From an uncultured Acidobacteriaceae bacterium (GTDB lineage: Bacteria > Acidobacteriota > Terriglobia > Terriglobales > Acidobacteriaceae), in the NCBI GenBank assembly GCA_963800045.1, contig CAWCZN010000003.1:260730-324729 (forward strand): a stretch of 64,000 nt of DNA. The letters run 5' to 3'. The position numbers and the translations under genes are program-made. The notes under the pieces are model-generated. The model ran no database searches. It was given only the letters and a program-made list of their open reading frames with translations, and was not told the DNA's origin. This document shows positions 27,677 to 36,605 of this stretch, piece by piece (the first letter of the stretch is position 1; every line of letters starts with the position of its first letter).

Positions 27677-28378
27677 ATGTCTGAAACAGCACAAGTGAAA
27701 TTGCCCGGCTTGGACTGCGGTCTCTGCGGATTCAAGCACTGTGATGATCTGGAGCGGGAGCTTGTTCTGCGCCCGGAACTTCTAAAACGATGTCCCCAGA
27801 TTCCGGAGGCAGCGGCCAGCGTTGGTTCGGCAGGCGCTAACCCTTCAAGCGGGACGTCTGTGGCGTCGTCCTCAATGGCTTCTGCTAGTCCTCGCTCTAG
27901 CAAGCTACCGCCATTCGTCGATAATCTGGGCCGAGATTTTGATTTCTATCTGGAGCATTTTCCTGAAGATCCCGGGCCGCGCGAGATCATCATTCCTCAT
28001 AACCCAATGATCACTCGGGAACTCGATATCAAGAAAGGCGACATTCTGATCGGCCGCCCATTGGGTATGTCGTGCGGTTGTCCCATCACACATTGCGGCT
28101 TCGTCGTGGAAGTGGATCACCGCACCGGTGTAATGGTCTGGTGTGTCACCGGTCCGCTGGCGCCGCGCGCGCAGGGCTTCAAAGACTTGGGATACTACAT
28201 TGCAGAAGGCTACGAAGGATTGATCACCGAGACCAAGTCCGAGATCAGAATTGGCTGCCGCTACTACTTCCAACCTCGGATGTGCATGTTGCAGTGGCGC
28301 CACTCTGGGCTGGTGAATTACATGAACCGAACCAAAGAAGGAATCCAAGTGAGGGTCGAAGGGCTCTGGATCGGCTAG
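27677..28378 (+). CDS. Fe-S-motif protein: RnfB/CdhD-like N-terminal CxxCxxxxC...C motif, Ala/Ser linker, and an unassigned Cys-rich C-domain
   Basis: LPGLDCGLCGFKHCDDLERELVLRPELLKRCPQ, then a low-complexity linker (AAASVGSAGANPSSGTSVASSSMASASPRSS), then a ~170-aa domain with GMSCGCPITHCGF, WCVTG, IGCRYYFQPRMCMLQW. The ORF track start is 27668. The ATG at 27677 has better spacing from AAGGGAG. Confidence 0.75.
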   Translation: MSETAQVKLPGLDCGLCGFKHCDDLERELVLRPELLKRCPQIPEAAASVGSAGANPSSGTSVASSSMASASPRSSKLPPFVDNLGRDFDFYLEHFPEDPGPREIIIPHNPMITRELDIKKGDILIGRPLGMSCGCPITHCGFVVEVDHRTGVMVWCVTGPLAPRAQGFKDLGYYIAEGYEGLITETKSEIRIGCRYYFQPRMCMLQWRHSGLVNYMNRTKEGIQVRVEGLWIG

Positions 28379-28442
28379 GTCTTCGTTGTTGAATATCGTC
28401 TTACAGTCAACTCCACAGGTACGTGTTAAGGAAAGGGGCTTC

Positions 28443-28808
28443 ATGGATACCGCACAGATAATTCGTCCGATACGAGATGTTCGTCAACGTCTTCATGGCA
28501 TCGAGGCTGTTCAATTCACTTGGGAACCTGGAACGCGAACGATTAAACACAGACATCACTCGCGTGGAATCGTTAAGATTCAGGAGGGCTGCCTCTTTGA
28601 GATTAAGGATGGCGTGAAGACCTACTACACTGCGGGCGACACTCTTCTCGAAGTTCCAAACGAGTCAGTTCACATCGTCGGAAACGATACAAATAGGATG
28701 GCTCGCAGTTTCCACGTGTACTGGCCCGAACTGACGATGGATGAGCTTCCCGACGATGACTCCGACGCCGTTGCTCTCGCAACGCCACCTCCACCTGAAT
28801 TGCGGTAG
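28443..28808 (+). CDS. Small cupin-domain protein
   Basis: 121 aa from the ATG at 28443 (AAGGAAAGGGG upstream). It contains RTIKHRHHSRGIVKIQEGCLFEIKDG and VHIVGND, typical of a single-barrel cupin. It is the last gene of the Rrf2-NifS operon. Confidence 0.7.
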   Translation: MDTAQIIRPIRDVRQRLHGIEAVQFTWEPGTRTIKHRHHSRGIVKIQEGCLFEIKDGVKTYYTAGDTLLEVPNESVHIVGNDTNRMARSFHVYWPELTMDELPDDDSDAVALATPPPPELR

Positions 28809-29238
28809 GTAAACGGCCCGTGCCTACTGCGGTCCCACGGGCGGGGGGCAAGGTGTATGGAATCGAATTCTCGCCCGGCATCACGACCTACCGTGCGATG
28901 CATATCTGTATCGTCAGTTGATAAGGAACGACGGTCGCCGCTGCTTCCGGATTTGTCCGGCAATCCGAAAGTAGCGCGGGCATCCTGTAGAGAACTCGAT
29001 CCTGGCTGTCCAGAAACTGGCATGTGGGAGATCACTTCCGAAAGGTCGGCAAGTGTTTGCGAACGTATTCGCTTCACTTAGACCTAAAACGCCCTATGCG
29101 CCGATTTGAATCCAGCGCGGGCAAATGCCCAAGCCCCTTTTCAGCTCGCCAGTCTTCGTAGTGAATGATGAAGGACGTTATGATTCCCTAACCAGGTGCC
29201 ACGTCGATCGTTGTTTCGAGCCTCTTTTACTTGGATCG

Positions 29239-29273
29239 AAACTCATAGTTTTAGGGACAGCAAAGGCGGCCGA
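29239..29273 (+). repeat. 35-nt direct repeat, copy B (partner at 5090..5124)
   Basis: 34/35 identity with copy A. Here the downstream half of the terminator hairpin is missing (ggcggccgattccggggcaat). It lies in a ~900-bp gene-poor, AT-richer spacer upstream of bamA. Confidence 0.85.
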
Positions 29274-29704
29274 TTCCGGGGCAATAAAACGCTTGGCACA
29301 CATGTGTCCCAAGAATAATTCCGGATTTATGCCGTAAGAGTCGATGTAAATTCTGCGTTAGCTAGGTGTAAAGAGTGCGTAAGGTCGAGAACTCTTCGTA
29401 GGATTGCGAGGTGCGATCTCCGTAGAAATGTGTACCGTAAGCATGTACCGGCACTCCAGCAATTTTCCTTATGCGTTGTGCCGCTACGGAGAGCCCGACC
29501 TCGAGCGTGCGTGTGAGTAAGAGGCTTGCGGTGGTCGGCACAGGGCAAAGTGTTCCATTCCAGATTTGACTCCGAACTAACATTGAGTGCTGGATAATCG
29601 CGCTATACTGCGACCTTCCAAGGGCTAAGATGCTCGCCAATTTGGCTGCTGTGGCGTCAGAGTCCCAATGGCTGGATTGAGGTGTCGGTATTCATTGCGC
29701 GGCA

Positions 29705-32524
29705 GTGCCTACTAAGCGATTGATGTGCGGGGCACGTAGCTGCGCCAGGGCGATCTGTCTTTTCCTCGCGGTATTCTTTCTTGTCGGATCGTGTTTAGCG
29801 CAGCAGGACGTGGTTTCTGAGATCGTGATTCGCGGGAACCGCCGCATCCCGGGCGATACCATCCGTGCCCGCATGTTCACCAAGCCGGGCGACGTGTACG
29901 ACCAGGCCGCGCTGGAACGCGACTTCAACTCCCTGTGGAATACCGGCTACTTCGATGACGTGCGCATCGAGCGCGAGCAGTCGCCCAAGGGCTGGATCAT
30001 CTACGTCTACGTAAAAGAAAAGCCGACGGTCCGCGAGATCAAGTACACCGGCCTCAGCTCCATCACCCAGAGCGACATTCTCGACAAGTTCAAAGAGCAG
30101 AAGGTCGGCCTGACCCAGGAAAGCCAGTACGATCCGACCAAGGTGAAGCACGCCGAAGTCGTGATCAAGCAGCTGGAAGCCGCGCACGGCCACCAGTTTG
30201 CCACCGTCCGCTCGGAAGTGCGGCCCATTCCTCCGGCAGCCGTTTCGCTGACCTTCGTCGTCAAGGAAGGTCCCAAGGTCAAGGTCGGCAAGATCAAGTT
30301 TGAGGGCAACAAGGCCATCAAGAGTCGCGAGTTGCAAAGCGCGATGAAGAACCTGAAGCCCATCGGCATCCCGCACTCCATCTTCCTGGAGAACCTGTTC
30401 CCCCGCACCTACGATTCGACGAAGCTCACGGAAGATTCCGAACGTGTTCGCTACTACTACCAGACCAAGGGCTACTTCAAGGCGCTGGTCGGCGATCCCA
30501 AGACGCAGATTCACGACACCAGCGGTGTGAAGTGGTACTTCCCGTTCAAGTCGTCACCCGGCAAGGCCGTCGACATCACCATGCCCGTCGAAGAAGGCCA
30601 GCGCTACCACTTGAAGGAGATCACCTTCTCGGGCAACAAGGCGGTCACCAATACCAAGGCGCTGCGCTCGCTCTTCAAGATCAAAGATGGCGACATCTTC
30701 GACACCGAGGCCATCCGCAAAGGCCTGGAGTCGCTGCGCAAAGCCTACGCCGCGCTCGGCTACATCAACTTCACGCCTGTCCCGAACACCACGGCAGACG
30801 ATGAGAAGCGTACGATCAGCCTGGAGATCGATCTCGACGAGGGCAAGCAGTTCTACGTCCGCCGGATCGAATTCCAGGGCAACACCACCACGCGCGACAA
30901 AGTGATTCGTCGCGAACTGGCGCTGGAAGAAGGCCAGATCTATAACGGCAACCTGTGGGAGCTGTCGCTGCTGCGCCTGAATCAGTTGCAGTACTTCGAC
31001 CAGCTCAAGCCGGAGCAGGATTCGGAAATCAAGCAGAATCCGCAGGACGGTACGGTCGACATCACCCTGAAGGTGAAAGAGAAGGGTAAAAACAGTATCG
31101 GCTTGACGGGCGGCGTCAGCGGCTTGGCCGGAGCTTTCATCGGCATCAACTACACCACCAACAATCTGTTCGGCAAAGGCGAGAGCCTGACCCTGCAGTT
31201 CCAGGTTGGCCAGTATCAGCGCAACGAGCAGTTGTCGTTCACCCAGCCGTATCTGTTCGACCGGCCGTTGCAGTTTGGCTGGACGGTGTATCACACCAGC
31301 TACAACTACAATCAGGCGGCGCTGACCTCCCAGGAGTATCAGCAGCAGATCAAATATCCCACCAGCTACCAGGCATACCTGCAGAACTACACGCAGACCT
31401 CGACCGGCTTCACGACTTCGCTGACCTATCCGATTAAGCGCTCGTTCAAGCGTGTTGGCATCACCTACGGATACGATGACTCTTCGCTGCAGACCTACAG
31501 CACTGCCTCGCAGGACTACTTCGAAGCGCTAGAGTTCCGCGGCATCCAGGGTCCGAACGCGCTGACCGGCATCATCACCAGCAAAATCGTTCCCAACTTC
31601 TCCTTCAACAAGATTGACAATCCGCAGCGCCCGCACAACGGACAGAGCTTCTATTTCGCCAGTGATATCGCAGGTCTGGGCGGCAATGTCAAGTATCTGA
31701 AACCGTCCGCCGAGTACAAGAAATTCCTGCCCGTAAACAAGGGCCGCAACACCGTCGGCTTTCGCGCCCTGGGCTCGTGGATTACCGGCTACGGCGGCCT
31801 GGTTGCGCCGCCTGCCGACCGCTTCTACATGGGTGGCGACACCGACATGCGCGGCTTCGATACACGCTCCATCTCGCCGGTTTCCTTCTTTCCCACTTAC
31901 ACGACGGTCACGCTAACCAACCCTGACGGTACGTCCGTGCCGCTCAATCCGGCCAACCCGCGCCAGGGCAACTACACCATCACCATCCCGGTCGAGCAGG
32001 TTGTCTTTCCGGGCGGCGACACCAACATCGTGACCAATCTGGAATATCGCATCCCAATCGTCGGCCCAGTGACACTGGCGCCATTCATCGACACCGGATG
32101 GGACTTCGCCTCGCGCTCATCGCAGCTGCGCATCGCTGCCGACCAGGTCAGCACCCTGAACAGCACGGTATTCGGATGCCCGCTGCTGTCGTCGTCGTTT
32201 AGCTGCGTCGGCGGCACCAACATCCACTACAGTTCCAACCTGCCCATCGTCGGCGGAACTAACTACCAGACCCGCATGTCGACCGGTTTGGAGCTGCAAG
32301 TCGTACTGCCCGTGGTCAATGCACCGTTCCGCGTCTACTGGGCCTACAACCCGATGCGCATCAACGAAGTGATCACGACATCCAACGCGATTACCCGCTC
32401 GATGTTCCCCGCTGGAGCCGCCGGCGATTACACGTACGCGGAGGCTCTGGCCTCGTATCCTCAGAAGTACTACCTGTCGGAGCCGCTCAAGACATTCCGC
32501 TTCACGGTCGCTACGACATTCTAG
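29705..32524 (+). CDS. bamA: Outer membrane protein assembly factor BamA
   Basis: POTRA repeats (IVIRGNRRIPGDTIRARMFTKPGDVYD, VKEKPTVREIKYTGL, IKFEGNKAIKSREL, ITFSGNKAVTNTKAL, IEFQGNTTTRDKVIRREL). The C-terminal Omp85 barrel includes the RFYMGGDTDMRGF motif, and the protein ends in ...FRFTVATTF. An alternative start is the ATG at 29726. Confidence 0.92.
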   Translation: MPTKRLMCGARSCARAICLFLAVFFLVGSCLAQQDVVSEIVIRGNRRIPGDTIRARMFTKPGDVYDQAALERDFNSLWNTGYFDDVRIEREQSPKGWIIYVYVKEKPTVREIKYTGLSSITQSDILDKFKEQKVGLTQESQYDPTKVKHAEVVIKQLEAAHGHQFATVRSEVRPIPPAAVSLTFVVKEGPKVKVGKIKFEGNKAIKSRELQSAMKNLKPIGIPHSIFLENLFPRTYDSTKLTEDSERVRYYYQTKGYFKALVGDPKTQIHDTSGVKWYFPFKSSPGKAVDITMPVEEGQRYHLKEITFSGNKAVTNTKALRSLFKIKDGDIFDTEAIRKGLESLRKAYAALGYINFTPVPNTTADDEKRTISLEIDLDEGKQFYVRRIEFQGNTTTRDKVIRRELALEEGQIYNGNLWELSLLRLNQLQYFDQLKPEQDSEIKQNPQDGTVDITLKVKEKGKNSIGLTGGVSGLAGAFIGINYTTNNLFGKGESLTLQFQVGQYQRNEQLSFTQPYLFDRPLQFGWTVYHTSYNYNQAALTSQEYQQQIKYPTSYQAYLQNYTQTSTGFTTSLTYPIKRSFKRVGITYGYDDSSLQTYSTASQDYFEALEFRGIQGPNALTGIITSKIVPNFSFNKIDNPQRPHNGQSFYFASDIAGLGGNVKYLKPSAEYKKFLPVNKGRNTVGFRALGSWITGYGGLVAPPADRFYMGGDTDMRGFDTRSISPVSFFPTYTTVTLTNPDGTSVPLNPANPRQGNYTITIPVEQVVFPGGDTNIVTNLEYRIPIVGPVTLAPFIDTGWDFASRSSQLRIAADQVSTLNSTVFGCPLLSSSFSCVGGTNIHYSSNLPIVGGTNYQTRMSTGLELQVVLPVVNAPFRVYWAYNPMRINEVITTSNAITRSMFPAGAAGDYTYAEALASYPQKYYLSEPLKTFRFTVATTF

Positions 32525-32540
32525 GCATTAGATTCGCAGC

Positions 32541-33851
32541 TCACGATGTGGCGATCGGCATTCGGACGGTGACCAGTAAGCCCGGTGAGAGATTCCTAGC
32601 GCAGATCTGTCCATGATGAAAGAGGACGGCACGTCGCGCTATGGAAAGTCCTAGACCAACTCCCCCGTCGGTCGTGTTGCGCGAGTCGTCGCCGCGGAAG
32701 AAGGGGTCGAAGATCCTCGTCAGCTGATCCTCGGGCACGCCGGGGCCTTGGTCGCGAATGCTGATTTGGACATTTCCGTTCGCAGAGTTCAGACCGACAG
32801 CAATCGTCGAGTGCGAGGGTGAGTATCGAATCGCGTTCCGCAGTACGTTCTCGATGGCACGGCGCAGTAGTTCAGCATCTCCTCCGATGACCGGAGATGA
32901 CTCCGCCGTGACATGAATCAACACGTCGCGGGCCTCGGCTTCGATGCGGCAATCCTGAACGATATCTTTCACCAGTTGACTAATGGCGACCTGCTGGCCT
33001 CGGTGGGTAGCTGCATCGGTTTCCACCGAGGATATCTCCATTAACGTTGAGACAAGCTGGCTGAGTCTCTCCACCTCACGGCGCACGCGCGCAATCGCGG
33101 TGTCCTTGTCCAGGGTGGTCTTCAGAAGCTCAGTGGCAAAGCTGAGCCGGGCGAGAGGCGAACGCAACTCGTGCGAGACGTCCTGCAACAACCTTCGTTC
33201 AATCATCAGCAGGGTTTCGATGCGCGAGGCCATGTCGTTGAAGGCGCGGGCGACAGCTCCGATTTCGTCTCTGCGATTGGTGTGGATCCGCGCTGACATA
33301 TCGCCGCGGCCGAACTGCTCCATCGTGCCCGCAACCTCCAGGAGCGGAGAGACGATACCCGCAGACAAACCCCAGCCGAGGCCCAAGGTCACGATCAGGA
33401 TGAGAATGAAGTAAGGCATGAAGCTGGTGAGATGAATCGGCGGGGGGGCGGTGACGATGAGCCAGTACTTCCCATCCGGCGACGACCGCGCGATTGTAAC
33501 TCCGCCATTGCTAAATTTTGGTAGGCCGAGAAAGTTGAACTGAATATGTCGCATCTCCGATCGATTGAGACCGGACACCAGGTCGACGCCATCAGCATCT
33601 GTAAAGAACCGCGTGCCCTTCAGCGCTCCATCGACCCGGTTCAGGTACGCTTTCAAGGCTACTGGGCCGCCGCTCTCATAGGCGTGCTGACCTTCCTGCA
33701 GCTCCAAGTTCATCGAGCCTTCAAAGAACTCTCCAATAGCGCGGCGCTGAATTCGTGCCGATACCCACGACACGCCGATGAAGCAGACCAGGAGAGCAGC
33801 CGCGAATGTGACGATAATCCGGAGATACAGCGATCTCATGTCATTGGCCAC
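32541..33851 (-). CDS. Sensor histidine kinase (two TM segments, HAMP, HisKA, HATPase_c)
   Basis: H-box VSHELRSPLARL, N-box NVLRNAIRYSP, G-boxes IRDQGPGVP and GGVGLGLSI. HAMP-like region LLEVAGTMEQFGRGDMSARI. Overlaps the upstream RR gene by 11 nt. Confidence 0.9.
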   Translation of the reverse strand: MANDMRSLYLRIIVTFAAALLVCFIGVSWVSARIQRRAIGEFFEGSMNLELQEGQHAYESGGPVALKAYLNRVDGALKGTRFFTDADGVDLVSGLNRSEMRHIQFNFLGLPKFSNGGVTIARSSPDGKYWLIVTAPPPIHLTSFMPYFILILIVTLGLGWGLSAGIVSPLLEVAGTMEQFGRGDMSARIHTNRRDEIGAVARAFNDMASRIETLLMIERRLLQDVSHELRSPLARLSFATELLKTTLDKDTAIARVRREVERLSQLVSTLMEISSVETDAATHRGQQVAISQLVKDIVQDCRIEAEARDVLIHVTAESSPVIGGDAELLRRAIENVLRNAIRYSPSHSTIAVGLNSANGNVQISIRDQGPGVPEDQLTRIFDPFFRGDDSRNTTDGGVGLGLSIARRAVLFHHGQICARNLSPGLLVTVRMPIATS

Positions 33852-34548
33852 CGGCGGAAGTCATTCGATACCCGGCGCCTCGAACCGTCTGAATCAACGA
33901 TTTGCCCTCCCGCTCGATCTTTTTCCTTAGGTGACTGACATGCACATCGAGCGAGCGCTCGTAAGGAGTGGTTTCTCTTTGATAGAGCGCGGCGGCAATT
34001 TCATCTCTGCTTACAACACGCCCCGCCGATCGCATAAGCAATTCAAGGATCTGAAACTCCAGTTCGGTCAGGATGACTTCTTCACCCGCCTGGCGAACGA
34101 TTCTGTTGTCGGGTTCGAGTTCGATCGGACCAACCCGAAGTGACCCAAATATGGGCGCTTTCCTACTGTAGCGCCGAAGGACCGCTCGAATTCTTGCCAG
34201 CAGCTCATCCGGACCGAAGGGTTTCGGAAGGTAGTCGTCTGCGCCGCTGTCCAAGCCAGCGATTCGATCGCGTTCCTGCGTGCGCGCCGTGAGCATAATC
34301 ACCGGAATGCTGCTTTGCTTACGCAGTTGTCGCATCACCTCGAAGCCGTCGAGCACCGGAAGCATCCCATCCAGGATTACCAGATCATGCTTGGCTTCCA
34401 AAGCTGCAGCCAGGCCAGCGCGTCCATTGTGCACCGCATGGAGATCATAGCCGTGGGAAATGAAGTACTCCCGCATAAGCGCACACAGCTCGACATCGTC
34501 ATCGATGATGAGCAGTGAAGGGCGCTGTTCTGGCTGGTTGTGCGTCAT
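33841..34548 (-). CDS. OmpR/PhoB-family response regulator
   Basis: The receiver is LLIIDDDVELCALM...DLVILDGMLPVLDG...PVIMLTAR. The winged helix is LTELEFQILELLMRSAGRVVSRDEI...LDVHVSHLRKKIE...IQTVRGAGYR. The ATG at 34548 is preferred over the track start at 34578. Confidence 0.9.
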   Translation of the reverse strand: MTHNQPEQRPSLLIIDDDVELCALMREYFISHGYDLHAVHNGRAGLAAALEAKHDLVILDGMLPVLDGFEVMRQLRKQSSIPVIMLTARTQERDRIAGLDSGADDYLPKPFGPDELLARIRAVLRRYSRKAPIFGSLRVGPIELEPDNRIVRQAGEEVILTELEFQILELLMRSAGRVVSRDEIAAALYQRETTPYERSLDVHVSHLRKKIEREGKSLIQTVRGAGYRMTSAGGQ

Positions 34549-34692
34549 GTGTACAGAGGATACGCGCCAGTTTGACATAATCCTGCTTCACGCGGAAAGG
34601 TCACTGAAGCTTTTTACAAATCTTAAGCTCTTCCCTCGTGCGCGGCACTTTTACAAAACTTAAGATGCGGTTGCCTCAGCGCTGTCGTCTAC

Positions 34693-35868
34693 TTGCAAGA
34701 GAGACGGATTGGCGACGTGAGACGGATCGCACTTCACATGTTGATGGGAGACACGGGCAAGTACCTCGGTATTGTGGCCGGAGTAATGTTCGCGTCGTTC
34801 CTGATTATCCAGCAGCTGGCGATGTTCTTTGGCATTCTTCGCCAGACTTATTCGGGCATTACTGCCGTCAACGCTGACCTATGGGTGATGGACCCTAACG
34901 TGAAGAGTATCGACGATTCCAAACCGATGACCGACGGCCAACTTGGCCGCGTGAAGAGTGTGGAGGGCGTGGGGTGGGCAGTCGGGCTCTATAAGGGTTC
35001 CACTTCGGCGCGACTGGAGAACGGTGACACGGCTGGTGTGACGCTGTACGGCTTGGACGATACAACGTTCATCGGCGGCCCCGCTGAGATGGAGGAAGGC
35101 AAGCTCAGCGATCTTCGTCTCAGTGACGCCGTAATCGTGGACTCGATGAGCGCTTTCGATAAGTTGGCTCACTTCGCGCCCGATGGAACGCGCGTTCCGC
35201 TCAAGGTGGGCGACACCCTGGAGTTGAACGATCACCTTGTCCGCGTTGTGGGGCTCTGCAAGGTCGCTCGCGGCTTCCAGTCGCAGGCCGTCGTGTACAC
35301 CACCTACAATCGCGCGTTGGCCATCGCACCGCAGCAGCGCAAGAACCTCTCGTTCATTCTTGCAGCAGCGCAGCCGGGCAGGAACGCAGAGGAAGTCGCA
35401 GCCAAGATCTCACGCATCACCGGACTCGGCGCCTATACCTCGCAGCAGTTCATCGACAATACGCTGCACTACTTCATCACGGAAACGAGTGTCGTCTTGA
35501 ACTTCGGCATGTCGGTAATGGTGTCGTTTCTCATTGGCACCTTGATCGCTGGGCAAACTTTCTACAACTTTACTATGGATAACCTGCGGCACTTCGGAGC
35601 CTTGAAGGCGATGGGCACGAGCAATCGCACTTTGCTGTCGATGATCCTGCTGCAGTCGGCGCTGGTCGGCTTCATCGGATACGGGGTGGGGACGGGGCTG
35701 GCTTGCCTGATGGGCCTCGCCACTCAAGACACGATAATGACATTCACACTGCCATGGTATGTCCTCGCCATCGCGGGTGTGGCAGTTGTCGGAATCTCGG
35801 GTTCCTCCGCCCTGCTCAGTCTGCGCAAGGTCATCAAGCTTGAGCCGGGAGTCGTATTTCGAGGATAG
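34693..35868 (+). CDS. ABC exporter permease, FtsX/DevC-like
   Basis: 391 aa. It has an N-terminal TM segment (KYLGIVAGVMFASFLIIQQLAMFFG), a large periplasmic loop and a C-terminal FtsX-type 3-TM bundle (FGMSVMVSFLIGTLIAGQTFY, LLSMILLQSALVGFIGYGVG, WYVLAIAGVAVVGISGSSALL). An alternative GTG start lies at 34717. Confidence 0.85.
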   Translation: MQERRIGDVRRIALHMLMGDTGKYLGIVAGVMFASFLIIQQLAMFFGILRQTYSGITAVNADLWVMDPNVKSIDDSKPMTDGQLGRVKSVEGVGWAVGLYKGSTSARLENGDTAGVTLYGLDDTTFIGGPAEMEEGKLSDLRLSDAVIVDSMSAFDKLAHFAPDGTRVPLKVGDTLELNDHLVRVVGLCKVARGFQSQAVVYTTYNRALAIAPQQRKNLSFILAAAQPGRNAEEVAAKISRITGLGAYTSQQFIDNTLHYFITETSVVLNFGMSVMVSFLIGTLIAGQTFYNFTMDNLRHFGALKAMGTSNRTLLSMILLQSALVGFIGYGVGTGLACLMGLATQDTIMTFTLPWYVLAIAGVAVVGISGSSALLSLRKVIKLEPGVVFRG

Positions 35869-35870
35869 GT

Positions 35871-36605
35871 ATGCACGCAGAAGCACTTCCCGCGGTGGAA
35901 TGTCAGAACGTACACAAGGTATTCGGCTCGGGCAGCAGCGAAGTGAAAGCCCTGCGCGGCATCAACCTCAAGGTTAAGGACGGCGAGCTGATGATGCTGG
36001 TTGGACCTTCGGGCTGCGGCAAAACGACGCTCATCTCGGTAATTGCCGGGGTATTGGACCCCAGCAACGGAAGCTGCCGTGTCTTCGGCGTCTCCATGCA
36101 GGACATGACCAATGACGAGCGCACGCGATATCGCGGTCGAAGCATCGGTTTTGTATTCCAGCAATTCAACCTGATTCCGTCGCTGACGCTCAGCGAGAAC
36201 GTCGCAATTCCGCTTCTGATCAATGGCGAGGGGTACGGCAAAGCGGTTGAGATGGCATCAGCCGCGCTGGAGCGGGTGGGGCTGGGTGGCCGCGAGGGTG
36301 ATCGGCCGTCGCAGTTGTCGGGCGGACAACAACAGCGAGTCGCCATCGCAAGGGCCATCATTCACTCCCCTCAGCTGATTGTCTGCGACGAGCCTACCAG
36401 CGCATTGGATCACGTCACTGGCGAACACATCGTGCAACTGCTGCAGGAGGTCTCTTCCGGCCACGGGCGCGCGCTCATCATCGTGACCCATGACAGCCGC
36501 ATATTCCACTATGCCGAACGGATCGCGCGCATGGACGACGGCATGATCCAACAGATTTATAACTCCTACCAGGAGATGGCCGAAGCCGAGAGGATTGTGC
36601 AGTGA
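35871..36605 (+). CDS. ABC exporter ATP-binding protein (DevA/MacB/LolD-type)
   Basis: Walker A GPSGCGKTT, FVFQQFNLIPSLT, signature LSGGQQQRVAIARA, Walker B LIVCDEPTSALD, H-loop VTHD. Confidence 0.92.
   Translation: MHAEALPAVECQNVHKVFGSGSSEVKALRGINLKVKDGELMMLVGPSGCGKTTLISVIAGVLDPSNGSCRVFGVSMQDMTNDERTRYRGRSIGFVFQQFNLIPSLTLSENVAIPLLINGEGYGKAVEMASAALERVGLGGREGDRPSQLSGGQQQRVAIARAIIHSPQLIVCDEPTSALDHVTGEHIVQLLQEVSSGHGRALIIVTHDSRIFHYAERIARMDDGMIQQIYNSYQEMAEAERIVQ

Noticed and set aside
29161-29238. A second tRNA fragment next to repeat copy B, mirroring the arrangement at copy A
   Set aside because: The reverse complement contains AGAGGCTCGAAAC, which loosely resembles a T-arm. However, spacing, stems and the acceptor/CCA end are absent.
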